Shown: one piece after another, positions 8,435 through 17,070 of the stretch
How positions within the stretch are numbered: position 1 is the first letter of the stretch
How the letters are laid out: each line of letters starts with the position of its first letter
NCBI GenBank assembly: GCA_964539765.1
Contig: CAZIJZ010000003.1
Coordinates: 12,734 to 76,733 of the forward strand
DNA: 64,000 nucleotides
Direction of reading: 5' to 3'
DNA from: an uncultured Smithella sp.
GTDB taxonomy: Bacteria; Desulfobacterota; Syntrophia; Syntrophales; Smithellaceae
The notes under the pieces: generated by a model
Database searches by the model: none
Told to the model about the DNA's origin: nothing
Seen by the model: the letters and a program-made list of their open reading frames with translations, nothing else
Position numbers and translations under genes: made by a program

Positions 8435-8596
8435 ATGTCCGTAAAAATGTCCACCGAGCTCCGCTCCTGGGATAATTAAATTTAATGTGCTCATGATCCC
8501 ATTCCGCCACGCTTCAGGGATGCCACGGATATCTTCGATATCCTCCGCTGGCGCGGGATAATTCAACTTACGTCTCAATCATCGTTTCACTCGATT

Positions 8597-8677
8597 TTGA
8601 CGAGTTTCATTAGTTCCACCAACGCTTCGAACGTCGCAGAACTTGCTCTCAGCGGGTGTCATTATCAGCTTGGCTCT
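8597..8677 (-). repeat. REP-like modular element, partial copy
   Basis: ccaccaacgcttcgaacgtcgcagaacttgctctcagcgggtgtcattatcagcttggctc matches 54890-54946. Its reverse complement matches 48003-48050. Confidence 0.75.
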
Positions 8678-9505
8678 CTACTTAAAGATGATTGTCCCGA
8701 CGTGTTTGCCGTTGAGCGCTTTGGTCAGGTTTCCTTTTTCCAGCCCGTTGATGATTTGAATCTTGTCGATGACTTCGCTGTTGAGCAGGATGTCCAGACA
8801 CGGCCTTTCAATGATCAGATCGTCAAGGTCTTTTTTCAGAAGATCCTGAACGCTGATTTCAGGAATGAACTTTGCCCTGCCGTTTTTCTTCGGATCGTCC
8901 GTATAAAGTCCCCGCTCATCCTTGACGAAGATGCAGCTGCGGGCGCCGATCAAATCGGCAATGATCAACGTTCCCACATCGGTGCGGTGAATGGGAATGC
9001 GCGATTTTGCAACGGGCAGGGCAAAATAATCGTACGGCGGCATGCCGTGCATGACGGGAATGCAATCCTGGCCGAAGTAATTATATAATTTTGTAATTTC
9101 GTCATGACCGATCTTGATGCCGCCCCAGGGAGCAAGCAGCGTGGAGACCAGCAGGGCGTTCTGTTCGGAGATGGAGCTGCCGAACTTGGCGATGATGCCG
9201 GTCGGCATGCCCAATTCCAGACCGATGGAGTAAATGTGACGGCTGCGCGTGCCGCCGCCGGTTGTCAGCAGAATTTTGTGTTTCTTCTTGTTGGCGATAA
9301 CTTCCTTGACAATGGCGGGCAAGGCCTTGATCCCGCGATCGCAGATGGATTGCCCGCCGATCTTGACGACATTAACGTCGCAAAAAAGTCTTTCCTGGGG
9401 AGCAACGTTCAGCTCTTCCATAAATTTCTTGCTCACCAGACTTTCGCCCATCAATCTGCTTTTTACATGCAGTCGGCGTCCGTCTCTTTCTCTGAACAGT
9501 GCCAT
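8678..9505 (-). CDS. molybdenum storage protein (MoSto, MosA/MosB)-like amino-acid-kinase-fold protein
   Basis: 275 aa. Long collinear blocks match my recollection of A. vinelandii MosB: VVKIGGQSICDRG, GGGTRSRHIYSIGLELGMPTGIIAKFGSSISEQNA, HGMPPY, HRTDVG, IFVKDERGLYTDDPKK..AKFIPEISV and INGLEKGNLTKALNGKHVGTII. Confidence 0.8.
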   Translation of the reverse strand: MALFRERDGRRLHVKSRLMGESLVSKKFMEELNVAPQERLFCDVNVVKIGGQSICDRGIKALPAIVKEVIANKKKHKILLTTGGGTRSRHIYSIGLELGMPTGIIAKFGSSISEQNALLVSTLLAPWGGIKIGHDEITKLYNYFGQDCIPVMHGMPPYDYFALPVAKSRIPIHRTDVGTLIIADLIGARSCIFVKDERGLYTDDPKKNGRAKFIPEISVQDLLKKDLDDLIIERPCLDILLNSEVIDKIQIINGLEKGNLTKALNGKHVGTIIFK

Positions 9506-9523
9506 AAATTTTCTTACCTCTGA

Positions 9524-9748
9524 TTACTTGACTTCGATTTCTTCGTCTTTGAGCGTGCCATCCTTCGGAGCCTTGATTAAAACAAGTTTCGCACCTACAG
9601 CCGCGGCAATTTCCTCCAGCTCTTTTTTCTTCAGATGCTCGGCATAAAATTTGATATCCACACCGGAAACCGCTACAAGTTTAAATCTTGGTTTCTTCTC
9701 TTTTGTTCCCACTTTGATCCGTTCACGATAGAATATTTTCCCCGCCAT
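9524..9748 (-). CDS. small hypothetical protein (74 aa, Lys-rich)
   Basis: The ORF is tightly packed within the operon: 18 nt to the downstream gene and 12 nt to the upstream gene. I recognise no motif. Confidence 0.5.
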   Translation of the reverse strand: MAGKIFYRERIKVGTKEKKPRFKLVAVSGVDIKFYAEHLKKKELEEIAAAVGAKLVLIKAPKDGTLKDEEIEVK

Positions 9749-9760
9749 AATGTTACCTCC

Positions 9761-10510
9761 CTAAGTTTTCTTTTTGTCAGGGTTTCGTTTTTCTCCCAGG
9801 CTTTCCCACAGACCGTCGCCGGCCGGTTTTACGGGAAGCACCGCTTCATGCCCCCAAAGCCTGGGTCTTAGCCAGCCTTTTGTATCAACAATATCTTCCG
9901 GACGGGGACAACAGGCGTCCCGGTCCAGAGACACAACGCGAATATTCTTTTTCAGCAGTTCCGCAACCGCTACGCGCTGAGGGAAATTCCTCAAGTCTTC
10001 GTATTCAATAAAACGCCCGCTCCATCCGGAAGCGGTGAGACCGACCGCTGCCGCGGCTCCGATCATGCCGCCGTTGGTTCCGCCATGACCGGAAAGATGA
10101 GCGCCGCCTGCCGCTTCGACGGCATCCTGCGGTGAGACTACTTTTCTCGTACACAGCACACCGAACACTTCCAGCGCCGGCAGAGCCGAATCACCTTCTG
10201 CAACCAAACAAAGTCCCGGGTCGCTTCCGGAAACCGACATGTTTTCGATGTGCGCGATAGCAGCACTTTTCAAAACATCAAAATACGATGACTCCGGACA
10301 CTCCACCATAACGCAGGCCGAACTGTTGTGCGACGTATAGGGGATGGCCGGATCAACAAGCAACTGCTGGCGCACAACGCCCCGGATTTTACACCCCGCG
10401 GGCAGAGACTTTTTGTAACGACGGGCCACTTTGCCTGTCCCGAAATCCGAAGTCACACTATCCGTATCATCAAAACCGATATAAACGAGCATCTTCTCCT
10501 TCTTGTGCAA
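9761..10510 (-). CDS. TiaS-N-terminal-like (DUF1743-like) domain protein, function unknown
   Basis: 249 aa. The N-terminus LVYIGFDDTDS resembles the IGxDDTDS signature at the start of archaeal TiaS. A Gly-rich GHGGTNGGMIGAAAA segment is also present. Confidence 0.55.
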   Translation of the reverse strand: MHKKEKMLVYIGFDDTDSVTSDFGTGKVARRYKKSLPAGCKIRGVVRQQLLVDPAIPYTSHNSSACVMVECPESSYFDVLKSAAIAHIENMSVSGSDPGLCLVAEGDSALPALEVFGVLCTRKVVSPQDAVEAAGGAHLSGHGGTNGGMIGAAAAVGLTASGWSGRFIEYEDLRNFPQRVAVAELLKKNIRVVSLDRDACCPRPEDIVDTKGWLRPRLWGHEAVLPVKPAGDGLWESLGEKRNPDKKKT

Positions 10511-10605
10511 TAAAAAACATTCTCAGTGGATTATAGAGTGCCCGTTAAGGCCTGTCAATTAATTAAAGTTGCCGACGACAACAGGAGACGCGGGAACTTG
10601 CGTTG

Positions 10606-10911
10606 TCATCCTCCGGCTACCGGGGGGAATAAAGCAATAATGTCGCCGTCGGACAAAGGTGTGGCCATGTCTTTGAGAAAGGCAATATTACGGCCGTTGA
10701 TAAAAATGTTGATGAATTCTTTAAGCTCTCCGGCCGGTGTAAACATTTCACGGCGAAGTTTCGGGTAACGGTCGCCAAGCCCGGCAAGCAGTTCCCCGAT
10801 CGTTTTTCCTTCCGGCTCGATCAGCTCCATTTCCTTGCCGATAATTTCCCGGTAATCGGCAAAAGCCCGTACGGTAATGTTCATCTTCACCGGCACCTCC
10901 ATCCGATCCAT
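10606..10911 (-). CDS. MoaD/ThiS-family sulfur-carrier protein
   Basis: 101 aa ending in ...FPPVAGG, the C-terminal Gly-Gly. Its start overlaps the ThiF-like stop (TGATG). Confidence 0.85.
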   Translation of the reverse strand: MDRMEVPVKMNITVRAFADYREIIGKEMELIEPEGKTIGELLAGLGDRYPKLRREMFTPAGELKEFINIFINGRNIAFLKDMATPLSDGDIIALFPPVAGG

Positions 10912-11633
10912 CAGACGCCTCCGCAGATGATACAGCGGGGATTGCGTTTTGCATCAATGACCGTTCCTTCCCCGGCCTGACCATCCCAGAAAAATAATCG
11001 ATTCGCCAGCGGTTCGCCCCGGGCCGTCAAAACCTTGATGGTCTCCACGGCCTGAACAGATCCGATGACGCCGCAGGTGGCGCCGAGTATTGGAACAATT
11101 TCCCCGGGCGGGTTCCCGGTGAAAAAGCATTGCAGACATCCTGTTTCCCCCGGAAACAGGGTGGTCGCCTGTCCGAAAAAGCCGCGCACGGCGCCGTGAA
11201 TCAGAGGAAGACGGCGCCTGAAGGCGGCTTTGTTCAGAATAAACCGGGCGGCGAAGTTGTCCATGGCATCCACAATCAGATCGATATCCTTTACCAATTC
11301 ATTGATCGTCTCATCACCAATGGTTTGATGGATCCCCTCTATCCGGACATCAGGATTCAGGAGCTGGAGTTTTTCCATCGCGGCAACAACTTTCTTCCGG
11401 CCGACATCAGTTGTCTGGAAGAGGAGCTGGCGGTTGAGATTGGATAGTTCCACCCTGTCGTTATCCGCCAGGCGGAGAAAACCCACGCCGGCCGCGGCAA
11501 GGTTGGCGGCAACCATTGTTCCCAGACCGCCGACGCCCGCCACCAGCACACGGGCACGCCGCAGACGTTCCTGTCCTTCCTCACCCAGAAGAGGGATCTG
11601 GCGCTGATAACGATCAATACTATAGTCGGCCAT
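10911..11633 (-). CDS. ThiF/MoeB-family adenylyltransferase (E1-like)
   Basis: 240 aa with the nucleotide loop VAGVGGLGT. CxxC pairs are present: CLQC and CIIC. Confidence 0.85.
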   Translation of the reverse strand: MADYSIDRYQRQIPLLGEEGQERLRRARVLVAGVGGLGTMVAANLAAAGVGFLRLADNDRVELSNLNRQLLFQTTDVGRKKVVAAMEKLQLLNPDVRIEGIHQTIGDETINELVKDIDLIVDAMDNFAARFILNKAAFRRRLPLIHGAVRGFFGQATTLFPGETGCLQCFFTGNPPGEIVPILGATCGVIGSVQAVETIKVLTARGEPLANRLFFWDGQAGEGTVIDAKRNPRCIICGGV

Positions 11634-11653
11634 TGCTTCGTTTCACCGTATCA

Positions 11654-12868
11654 TTAAATTCGCATTGCCCGGCGCTGGAAGCGCCCGTAAGTATAGCTTC
11701 CTCTGAGAAGGGAATCGGCAAAAAGCCCCACGCCGGTCTGACGCTGAAGGATCTCCCTGTAGAGACCTTCATGTCGGACTTCTCCGATAAAAATGAAACC
11801 TTTCAGGATGCCTTTATCCATAACGATCTTATGGTAGAAACCGGCGCCTGCGGAAACTTTGATTTCCGGTCCGTCCGCCCGTCCCTGTCCGGCAACGAAG
11901 ATGGACAGGCCGAAGACCCGCAGGATATTTCGGGAAAGACTTCCGTCATAGCTTGCCGCAATGCCTGCCATGTTCAACGCCGCAATCCGTCCCTGTTCAA
12001 CCGCCGCGGGCCAGAGGGCGTTGACCCTCTGATCGCCGGCAACCAAATCCTTCGTTTCCACGGCGTCGCCGGCGGCAAAAATTCCGGGAATGTTTGTCTC
12101 CATGTGTTCATTGACCGTAATGCCGCGCCGCACGGCAATTCCGCTGTCGGCCAGGAATGCGACACAGGGATTGACGCCTTTTCCGAAAACGACAAGATTG
12201 CTGTCCAGTGTCGCTCCGGATTTCAGGGTGACCTTTCCTCTGCTGCCGATGCTGACAATATCCTCACCCTTGAGAATATCCACGCCCTGACGCCGGAGGT
12301 GATCCTCCACGACTGCCGCGCCGGGAACATCCAGCATGGTCGAAAAAACGCGGTTCGAGGTGACGATAAGGGTAATCTTCATCCCCAGACGGTGCAGAGC
12401 GTCGCCGGTTTCCATGCTGACGGGACCGGCTCCCGCAATCACGGCATGGCCTTTTTTCTTCTTTCGCTTCAGCATCTGCTGAATCCGCTGTACATCGGGA
12501 AGATCCCGGATGGTCAATACGAAGGGATAATCGCTGCCCTTGATAGACGGCCGTTCCGGAACTCCGCCCGTAGCGATTAGAAGTCTGTCGTATTCCAGGG
12601 TCTCCCCGTTGCCGGTTGCAATCGTCCGCTGCTGCGTATTGATCCCGGTGACTTTACAGCCCGTGCGGAAAGTCACGCCGTCCGGCACGGGCAGGTATAA
12701 ATTTTTTTCTTCCATCCGTCCGGACAGCAGGTAGGGAAGCACCATTTTAGCGTAAGGGGGCGTCGCTTCGCCGGAAAGCAGGGTGACGTTCCCCCCGGAA
12801 TCAAGCCGACGCAGAGTTGCGGCGGCTTGGAGCCCCGCGGGACCCGCTCCGATGATTACATATTTCAT
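11654..12868 (-). CDS. aorC: FAD/NAD(P)-dependent pyridine nucleotide-disulfide oxidoreductase (AorC-like)
   Basis: 404 aa with two dinucleotide-binding loops, VIIGAGPAGLQAA and AVIAGAGPVSME. It lies directly downstream of the AOR gene. Confidence 0.75.
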   Translation of the reverse strand: MKYVIIGAGPAGLQAAATLRRLDSGGNVTLLSGEATPPYAKMVLPYLLSGRMEEKNLYLPVPDGVTFRTGCKVTGINTQQRTIATGNGETLEYDRLLIATGGVPERPSIKGSDYPFVLTIRDLPDVQRIQQMLKRKKKKGHAVIAGAGPVSMETGDALHRLGMKITLIVTSNRVFSTMLDVPGAAVVEDHLRRQGVDILKGEDIVSIGSRGKVTLKSGATLDSNLVVFGKGVNPCVAFLADSGIAVRRGITVNEHMETNIPGIFAAGDAVETKDLVAGDQRVNALWPAAVEQGRIAALNMAGIAASYDGSLSRNILRVFGLSIFVAGQGRADGPEIKVSAGAGFYHKIVMDKGILKGFIFIGEVRHEGLYREILQRQTGVGLFADSLLRGSYTYGRFQRRAMRI

Positions 12869-12881
12869 CGATGTTTTCCTC

Positions 12882-14684
12882 CTACAATCCCAGGTCCGTC
12901 AGCGTCTGCTTTGTCGGTACGCCCACGGAATCCCATCCGCGCAGTTTGTAGTATTCCGGCAGCATTTCATCAAGCCGGTTTACCAATCCTTTGGACGGTC
13001 CCGTCAATATGGGGTCTTTGATAAGGCGCTCCGGCAGTTTGTCATCCGCCGCCGACAATCCCGCTTTGAGGTTGAAGAGGCGTTCCAGATTCCAGATACG
13101 CGTTCCGATTTTCATGAATTCTTCCGTTGTAAAATTTATGCCGGTCGCGGCGCTGAGCAGTTCCGCCAGATCTTCCGCGCCCAGGCCGAACGTGGTAAAC
13201 AGGCACATGCCGGACGAATCCAGCGCCGCGGTCAGATCCTGAAACGTAATATCGAGGGCCGGTTTTCCTTCCGTCGCTCGCGGGTCCAGTTTGACCGGTT
13301 GTCCCAGAACTTCCGGCGAGATCGTGTAGCCGCGAACATGGCAGCCGCCGCGGTTTCCCGTGGCAAAATTAAGTCCGATGCCCTGAATGGCCCGCGGATC
13401 GTAGGCAGGCATTTCCTGCTTCTTGCAGGTCATGGAGTATTCGGGATGCCCGTAACTTTCCGCCAAACGATAACTTCCGAGAGCCAGCTTTTTCCCGAAT
13501 CCCTCGCCCTCGGCGGTTTTGCGAACCATCTCAATCATCGCCTCCATGTTCCCGAAGTTCAGGGCGATTCCGTCCGTATCTTTTGTCGTAATAATTCCGT
13601 CTTCGAACAGATTCATCGCGCAGGCCACGGAGCTCCCCATCGTGATCGTATCCATGCCGTAGTCGTTGCAGATGTAATTGGCTTTGGTCACGGCATCCAG
13701 ATTGTCGATTCCGCAATCCGGACCGAAAGCCCATGCCGTTTCATATTCCGGACCTTCACCCCGACCGGCGAATTTCGGATTGGTCACTTTCGTTGCCCGG
13801 CCGCAACTGATGATGCACGCATAACAACCGCGGGGCCTGATCAGTAATTGTTTGGTCAGAGATTCGCCGCCCACCTTGTCCGCCGTGGGGAAATAACCAT
13901 CGATGAAGTTTCTGGTGGGCAGACCGCCCAGTTCATTGAGAATATTCACCAGGACATCCGTTCCAAAGTTTCTTAATCCCTGACCGCCGACAGCGTTGGC
14001 TTTAATCTTTGCCGACGCCCTGACAACGGCCTCCCGGAATGCCTTGGGATCGGGAACCCGCACGGCGCCCGTTCCCCGCACTGCAACGGCCTTGAGATTT
14101 TTGGAGCCCATCACAGCGCCGACGCCGCTCCGGCCCGCCGCGCGGCCGCATTCATTCATGATATTGGCAAACAGAACCTGTCTCTCTCCGGCGGGACCGA
14201 TGCAGGCCACACAGGCCTCTTCGTCCGTGGCCGCCCGGACAGCCTCCGTCGTTTCCGGAACCGTCTTCCCCCATATGTCGGCAGCGTCACGGATTTCTAC
14301 GACATCGTCGCAGATCCATAGATAGACCGGCTTCGCCGATTTGCCTTCCAGAATAACCATGTCATACCCGGCGTATTTCAGCATGGGACCGAAGATGCCC
14401 CCGGAACTGGAAGCGGCAATGGTTCCGTTGAGCGGCCCCTTGCTGACCACGTCAAAGTGGCTGGCAGACGGGGCATTCGTGCCGGAAAGAGGTCCGGCGG
14501 CAAAAATAAGTTTGTTCTTCTGATCCAGCGGATCTATCCTGGGATCCACCTCCGTCATCATGAAATGCGTTCCGAGACCGCGGCCGCCCAGATATTTTCT
14601 GGCGAGGTCGGTGCTAAGGACTTCTTTACGTACGGTCCCGCTGCCCAGATCAATTCTTAAATAACGACCAATCCATCCGTGCAT
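12882..14684 (-). CDS. aorB: tungsten-pterin aldehyde:ferredoxin oxidoreductase family, catalytic subunit
   Basis: 600 aa with the AOR N-terminus GRYLRIDLGSG. It also has GVGAVMGSKNLKAV and the 4Fe-4S ligand region RGCYACIISCGR. Confidence 0.9.
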   Translation of the reverse strand: MHGWIGRYLRIDLGSGTVRKEVLSTDLARKYLGGRGLGTHFMMTEVDPRIDPLDQKNKLIFAAGPLSGTNAPSASHFDVVSKGPLNGTIAASSSGGIFGPMLKYAGYDMVILEGKSAKPVYLWICDDVVEIRDAADIWGKTVPETTEAVRAATDEEACVACIGPAGERQVLFANIMNECGRAAGRSGVGAVMGSKNLKAVAVRGTGAVRVPDPKAFREAVVRASAKIKANAVGGQGLRNFGTDVLVNILNELGGLPTRNFIDGYFPTADKVGGESLTKQLLIRPRGCYACIISCGRATKVTNPKFAGRGEGPEYETAWAFGPDCGIDNLDAVTKANYICNDYGMDTITMGSSVACAMNLFEDGIITTKDTDGIALNFGNMEAMIEMVRKTAEGEGFGKKLALGSYRLAESYGHPEYSMTCKKQEMPAYDPRAIQGIGLNFATGNRGGCHVRGYTISPEVLGQPVKLDPRATEGKPALDITFQDLTAALDSSGMCLFTTFGLGAEDLAELLSAATGINFTTEEFMKIGTRIWNLERLFNLKAGLSAADDKLPERLIKDPILTGPSKGLVNRLDEMLPEYYKLRGWDSVGVPTKQTLTDLGL

Positions 14685-14685
14685 A

Positions 14686-15165
14686 TCACTTCACCTCCTC
14701 GAACGTTTTTTTGAATTCCACAGCGACGGCCTTCTTACGATCTCTGGCAGAGTCGGTTTCTTCGACGTAATCCAATGCTTTGGCGGGACAGAAGGTCACA
14801 CATTCGGGTTTCCCGTCGCAAAGATCGCACTTGATGATCCGGCGGCGTTCCGTTTCGAAAACCACGGCGCCGAAAGGACAGGCTAACGTGCACATCCGGC
14901 AGCCGATACACTTCACGTCGTCCCAGGCCACACGATTCATCGTCAAATCATCATGCATGGCACCGGTCGGACAGACCGCCACACAGGGAGCATCTTCGCA
15001 CTGCTGGCAAGTGGTAGGCATGGAAAATCCTTCACTCTCCCAGGTCGTTACCTGAATCCTGGAAGTATGCGGACGAAATTCGCCGTCATGGAAAAAGGAA
15101 CATGCCAATGCGCAATTATGACATCCCGTGCAACGATCAGGATAAATCATCAACATCTTCGACAT
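14686..15165 (-). CDS. aorA: poly-[4Fe-4S] ferredoxin subunit (AorA-like)
   Basis: 159 aa with four CxxCxxCxxxC(P)-type clusters. Examples are CTGCHNCALAC, CQQCEDAPCVAVCP, CIGCRMCTLACP and CDLCDGKPECVTFCP. Confidence 0.85.
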   Translation of the reverse strand: MSKMLMIYPDRCTGCHNCALACSFFHDGEFRPHTSRIQVTTWESEGFSMPTTCQQCEDAPCVAVCPTGAMHDDLTMNRVAWDDVKCIGCRMCTLACPFGAVVFETERRRIIKCDLCDGKPECVTFCPAKALDYVEETDSARDRKKAVAVEFKKTFEEVK

Positions 15166-15795
15166 AATTTCCTCCTGAAAATGAAAGAACGTTAATTATG
15201 GATTACCCGTCTATTGGTCATTATCGCAAAGCATGCCCCTGCGGATCAGGAGAGAAAAACTGAGGATCGGGCTACTGGAAACGAAGAAGATCAGTTGCAG
15301 GAAACGGACGTGAAAATGGCCACTCTTCGATATTTTTGAAACTCAAGCCATTTAAAGATTCAGTCATCACCCCCTTTATCCAATCTAAAGGAAGAGCGCT
15401 GATCGTGCGCATAATGTTTTAAGCCGCATTGCAGCAACCGGATAGAGGGAATACGTCCGGCAGGAGGTTGTGATTTTTCCTTGCGGCTCATAAAACTGTT
15501 TCACCCGTTTCATCAAAAGATTTTCAGATGACGAGACGGATCTATTTGTTAACTTAATTATAACATTCTCAAATCCAATATGCCATCGTTCAGGCAAATA
15601 TTTATGAAATATTACGCCATCTTATGTCTTTTTTGACATCGAGGCAAAGCGGAGCGCTGTTTGAAAGGCCAAGCGCTTGTCATCAATAAAGGTTTTGACG
15701 CTTTTATTCATTTAAGGTATATCCCGTATGAAACGAGATGAAGCATTTAAAAGGATTTTAACTTCTTTAAATTATTACTGCCATGGAGGATTGAT

Positions 15796-16248
15796 ATGAA
15801 AACCGACGAATACAAAAAAATAATTATGTTTGCAGTTGACAATGAAATTGAAGCCTACGAGTTCTACAAGGCGGTTGCCGATAAAACAAAAGATGGCGGT
15901 TTGAAAAAAATATTTGCGGAACTGGCGGAGGAAGAGGCCGGGCATCGCAAACTTCTGGAAGGACTGGCTTCCGGCAAGGGGCAGATGCATTTTGACGAAT
16001 CCAAAGATTACAAAGTGGCCGAATCAATCAATAAGCCCAAACTGAGTATGAGCATGAAACCGGCGGATGCCATCGCGCTGGCGGTCAAGAATGAACAGGA
16101 GGCCATGGAAATGTACAAGGAAATGGCCGGATGCAGCACCGATGCCGAGCAGAAGAAAATGTTCCAGTCGCTGGCGAATATGGAACAGGGGCACAAAGTC
16201 AAACTGGAAGACACCTTCACCAACATGGCGTTTCCGGAAGCCTGGTAA
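15796..16248 (+). CDS. rubrerythrin/ferritin-like di-iron protein (no rubredoxin domain)
   Basis: 150 aa with two ExxH motifs, AEEEAGH and NMEQGH, in a four-helix-like repeat. Confidence 0.75.
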   Translation: MKTDEYKKIIMFAVDNEIEAYEFYKAVADKTKDGGLKKIFAELAEEEAGHRKLLEGLASGKGQMHFDESKDYKVAESINKPKLSMSMKPADAIALAVKNEQEAMEMYKEMAGCSTDAEQKKMFQSLANMEQGHKVKLEDTFTNMAFPEAW

Positions 16249-16311
16249 GTTTAATTTTTATACCATCTGTTTTACGTTAGATGGGAAATGACCATAAACA
16301 CGACATTCCAA

Positions 16312-16343
16312 ATGGAGTCTTGAAAATATTTTCAAGACTCCAT
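16312..16343. terminator. bidirectional terminator hairpin (perfect 32-nt palindrome)
   Basis: atggagtcttgaaaat/attttcaagactccat, with T- and A-runs on both sides. The right arm overlaps the last codons of the minus-strand ATPase gene. Confidence 0.7.
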
Positions 16344-17036
16344 TAATTTTTTAGTTTCTCCCCCTTGAGGGTTTGTCGCGGGATAACTCTTTTTTCCCGG
16401 AGCATTTTTGCTTATATTTTTAATGAGTTCAATTATATTCAAGGGATATCCATGAACAACGCCGGCAAGCTCATGAATATGTTTGTCAGACAAGTTTAAT
16501 CTATGCTTTTGGGAATAAATCCGCAGGAAGGATATGACATCGTTCGTCTTTAAATTACGCAGTGATAAGACATCGGCTGGCAATAGATGAGCTCTCAGGT
16601 GAGCCAAATCACGAGGCGGAAGAAAATTCTCCACAATGGCTATAAATTGAAAGTGATCTTCCTGAATGAGATACCGAAGAAAAATAATTTTCTGACCGGT
16701 AAGTTTGGCGATATTGTCAAAAACAATAATGGGCTTATCGGCGAAGGATGCGGAGGCTGCGACGCAATATCGCATGGCCTTATACCCCATTTTTTCACCG
16801 GTTTTTTTAAATCGTGCAGAGAGTTCCAGCTCTCGTATCAGCTTCTCGCTCATTTTACCGGGTGTTTTACTAAAATCGATGAATATAAATTTTCTTTTAT
16901 CGGCGAATATTTCTGATATTCTTTTCATCAGGCTGGTTCGTCCGATCCCGAACTTTCCGCCGAGAATGATGTTCTTGCCGTCCTTGAGCGATTTTATAAT
17001 TTTCTTTTTCTCGCTTTCGCGTCCGACAAACAGCAT
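16332..17036 (-). CDS. P-loop NTPase (AAA/ORC-like) with degenerate Walker motifs
   Basis: 234 aa. The Walker A-like GGKFGIGRTS has Arg in place of the canonical Lys. The Walker B-like IIVFDNI is DN rather than DE. It lies 34 nt downstream of the dynamin-like gene. Confidence 0.65.
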   Translation of the reverse strand: MLFVGRESEKKKIIKSLKDGKNIILGGKFGIGRTSLMKRISEIFADKRKFIFIDFSKTPGKMSEKLIRELELSARFKKTGEKMGYKAMRYCVAASASFADKPIIVFDNIAKLTGQKIIFLRYLIQEDHFQFIAIVENFLPPRDLAHLRAHLLPADVLSLRNLKTNDVISFLRIYSQKHRLNLSDKHIHELAGVVHGYPLNIIELIKNISKNAPGKKSYPATNPQGGETKKLMES

Positions 17037-17070
17037 AGGATATTTCCATTTAATGTTGATGCAAAGAAAA

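Noticed and set aside
8381-8578. 65-aa minus-strand ORF and 8597-9088 plus-strand ORF between the 7949 gene and the MoSto-like gene
   Set aside because: The first overlaps the 3-prime end of the 7949 gene and has no motif. The second runs through a REP-like repeat and lies antisense to the well-supported MoSto-like gene.
12783-13847. 354-aa plus-strand ORF, together with 11516-12580 (354 aa) and other long ORFs antisense to the AOR operon
   Set aside because: They lie entirely antisense to genes with strong family signatures (AOR, FAD oxidoreductase). Their translations are Arg/Gly/Ala/Pro-rich and low-complexity, with no motifs. This is typical of shadow ORFs in GC-richer coding DNA.
15226-15239. 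Sigma-54 promoter upstream of aorA (reverse strand GGGGCATGCTTTGC, GG-N10-GC spacing)
   Set aside because: It matches only the minimal GG/GC dinucleotides and TTGC. The -24 box is poor (GGGGCA versus TGGCAC), and no enhancer-binding protein gene is nearby. This is too weak to call.
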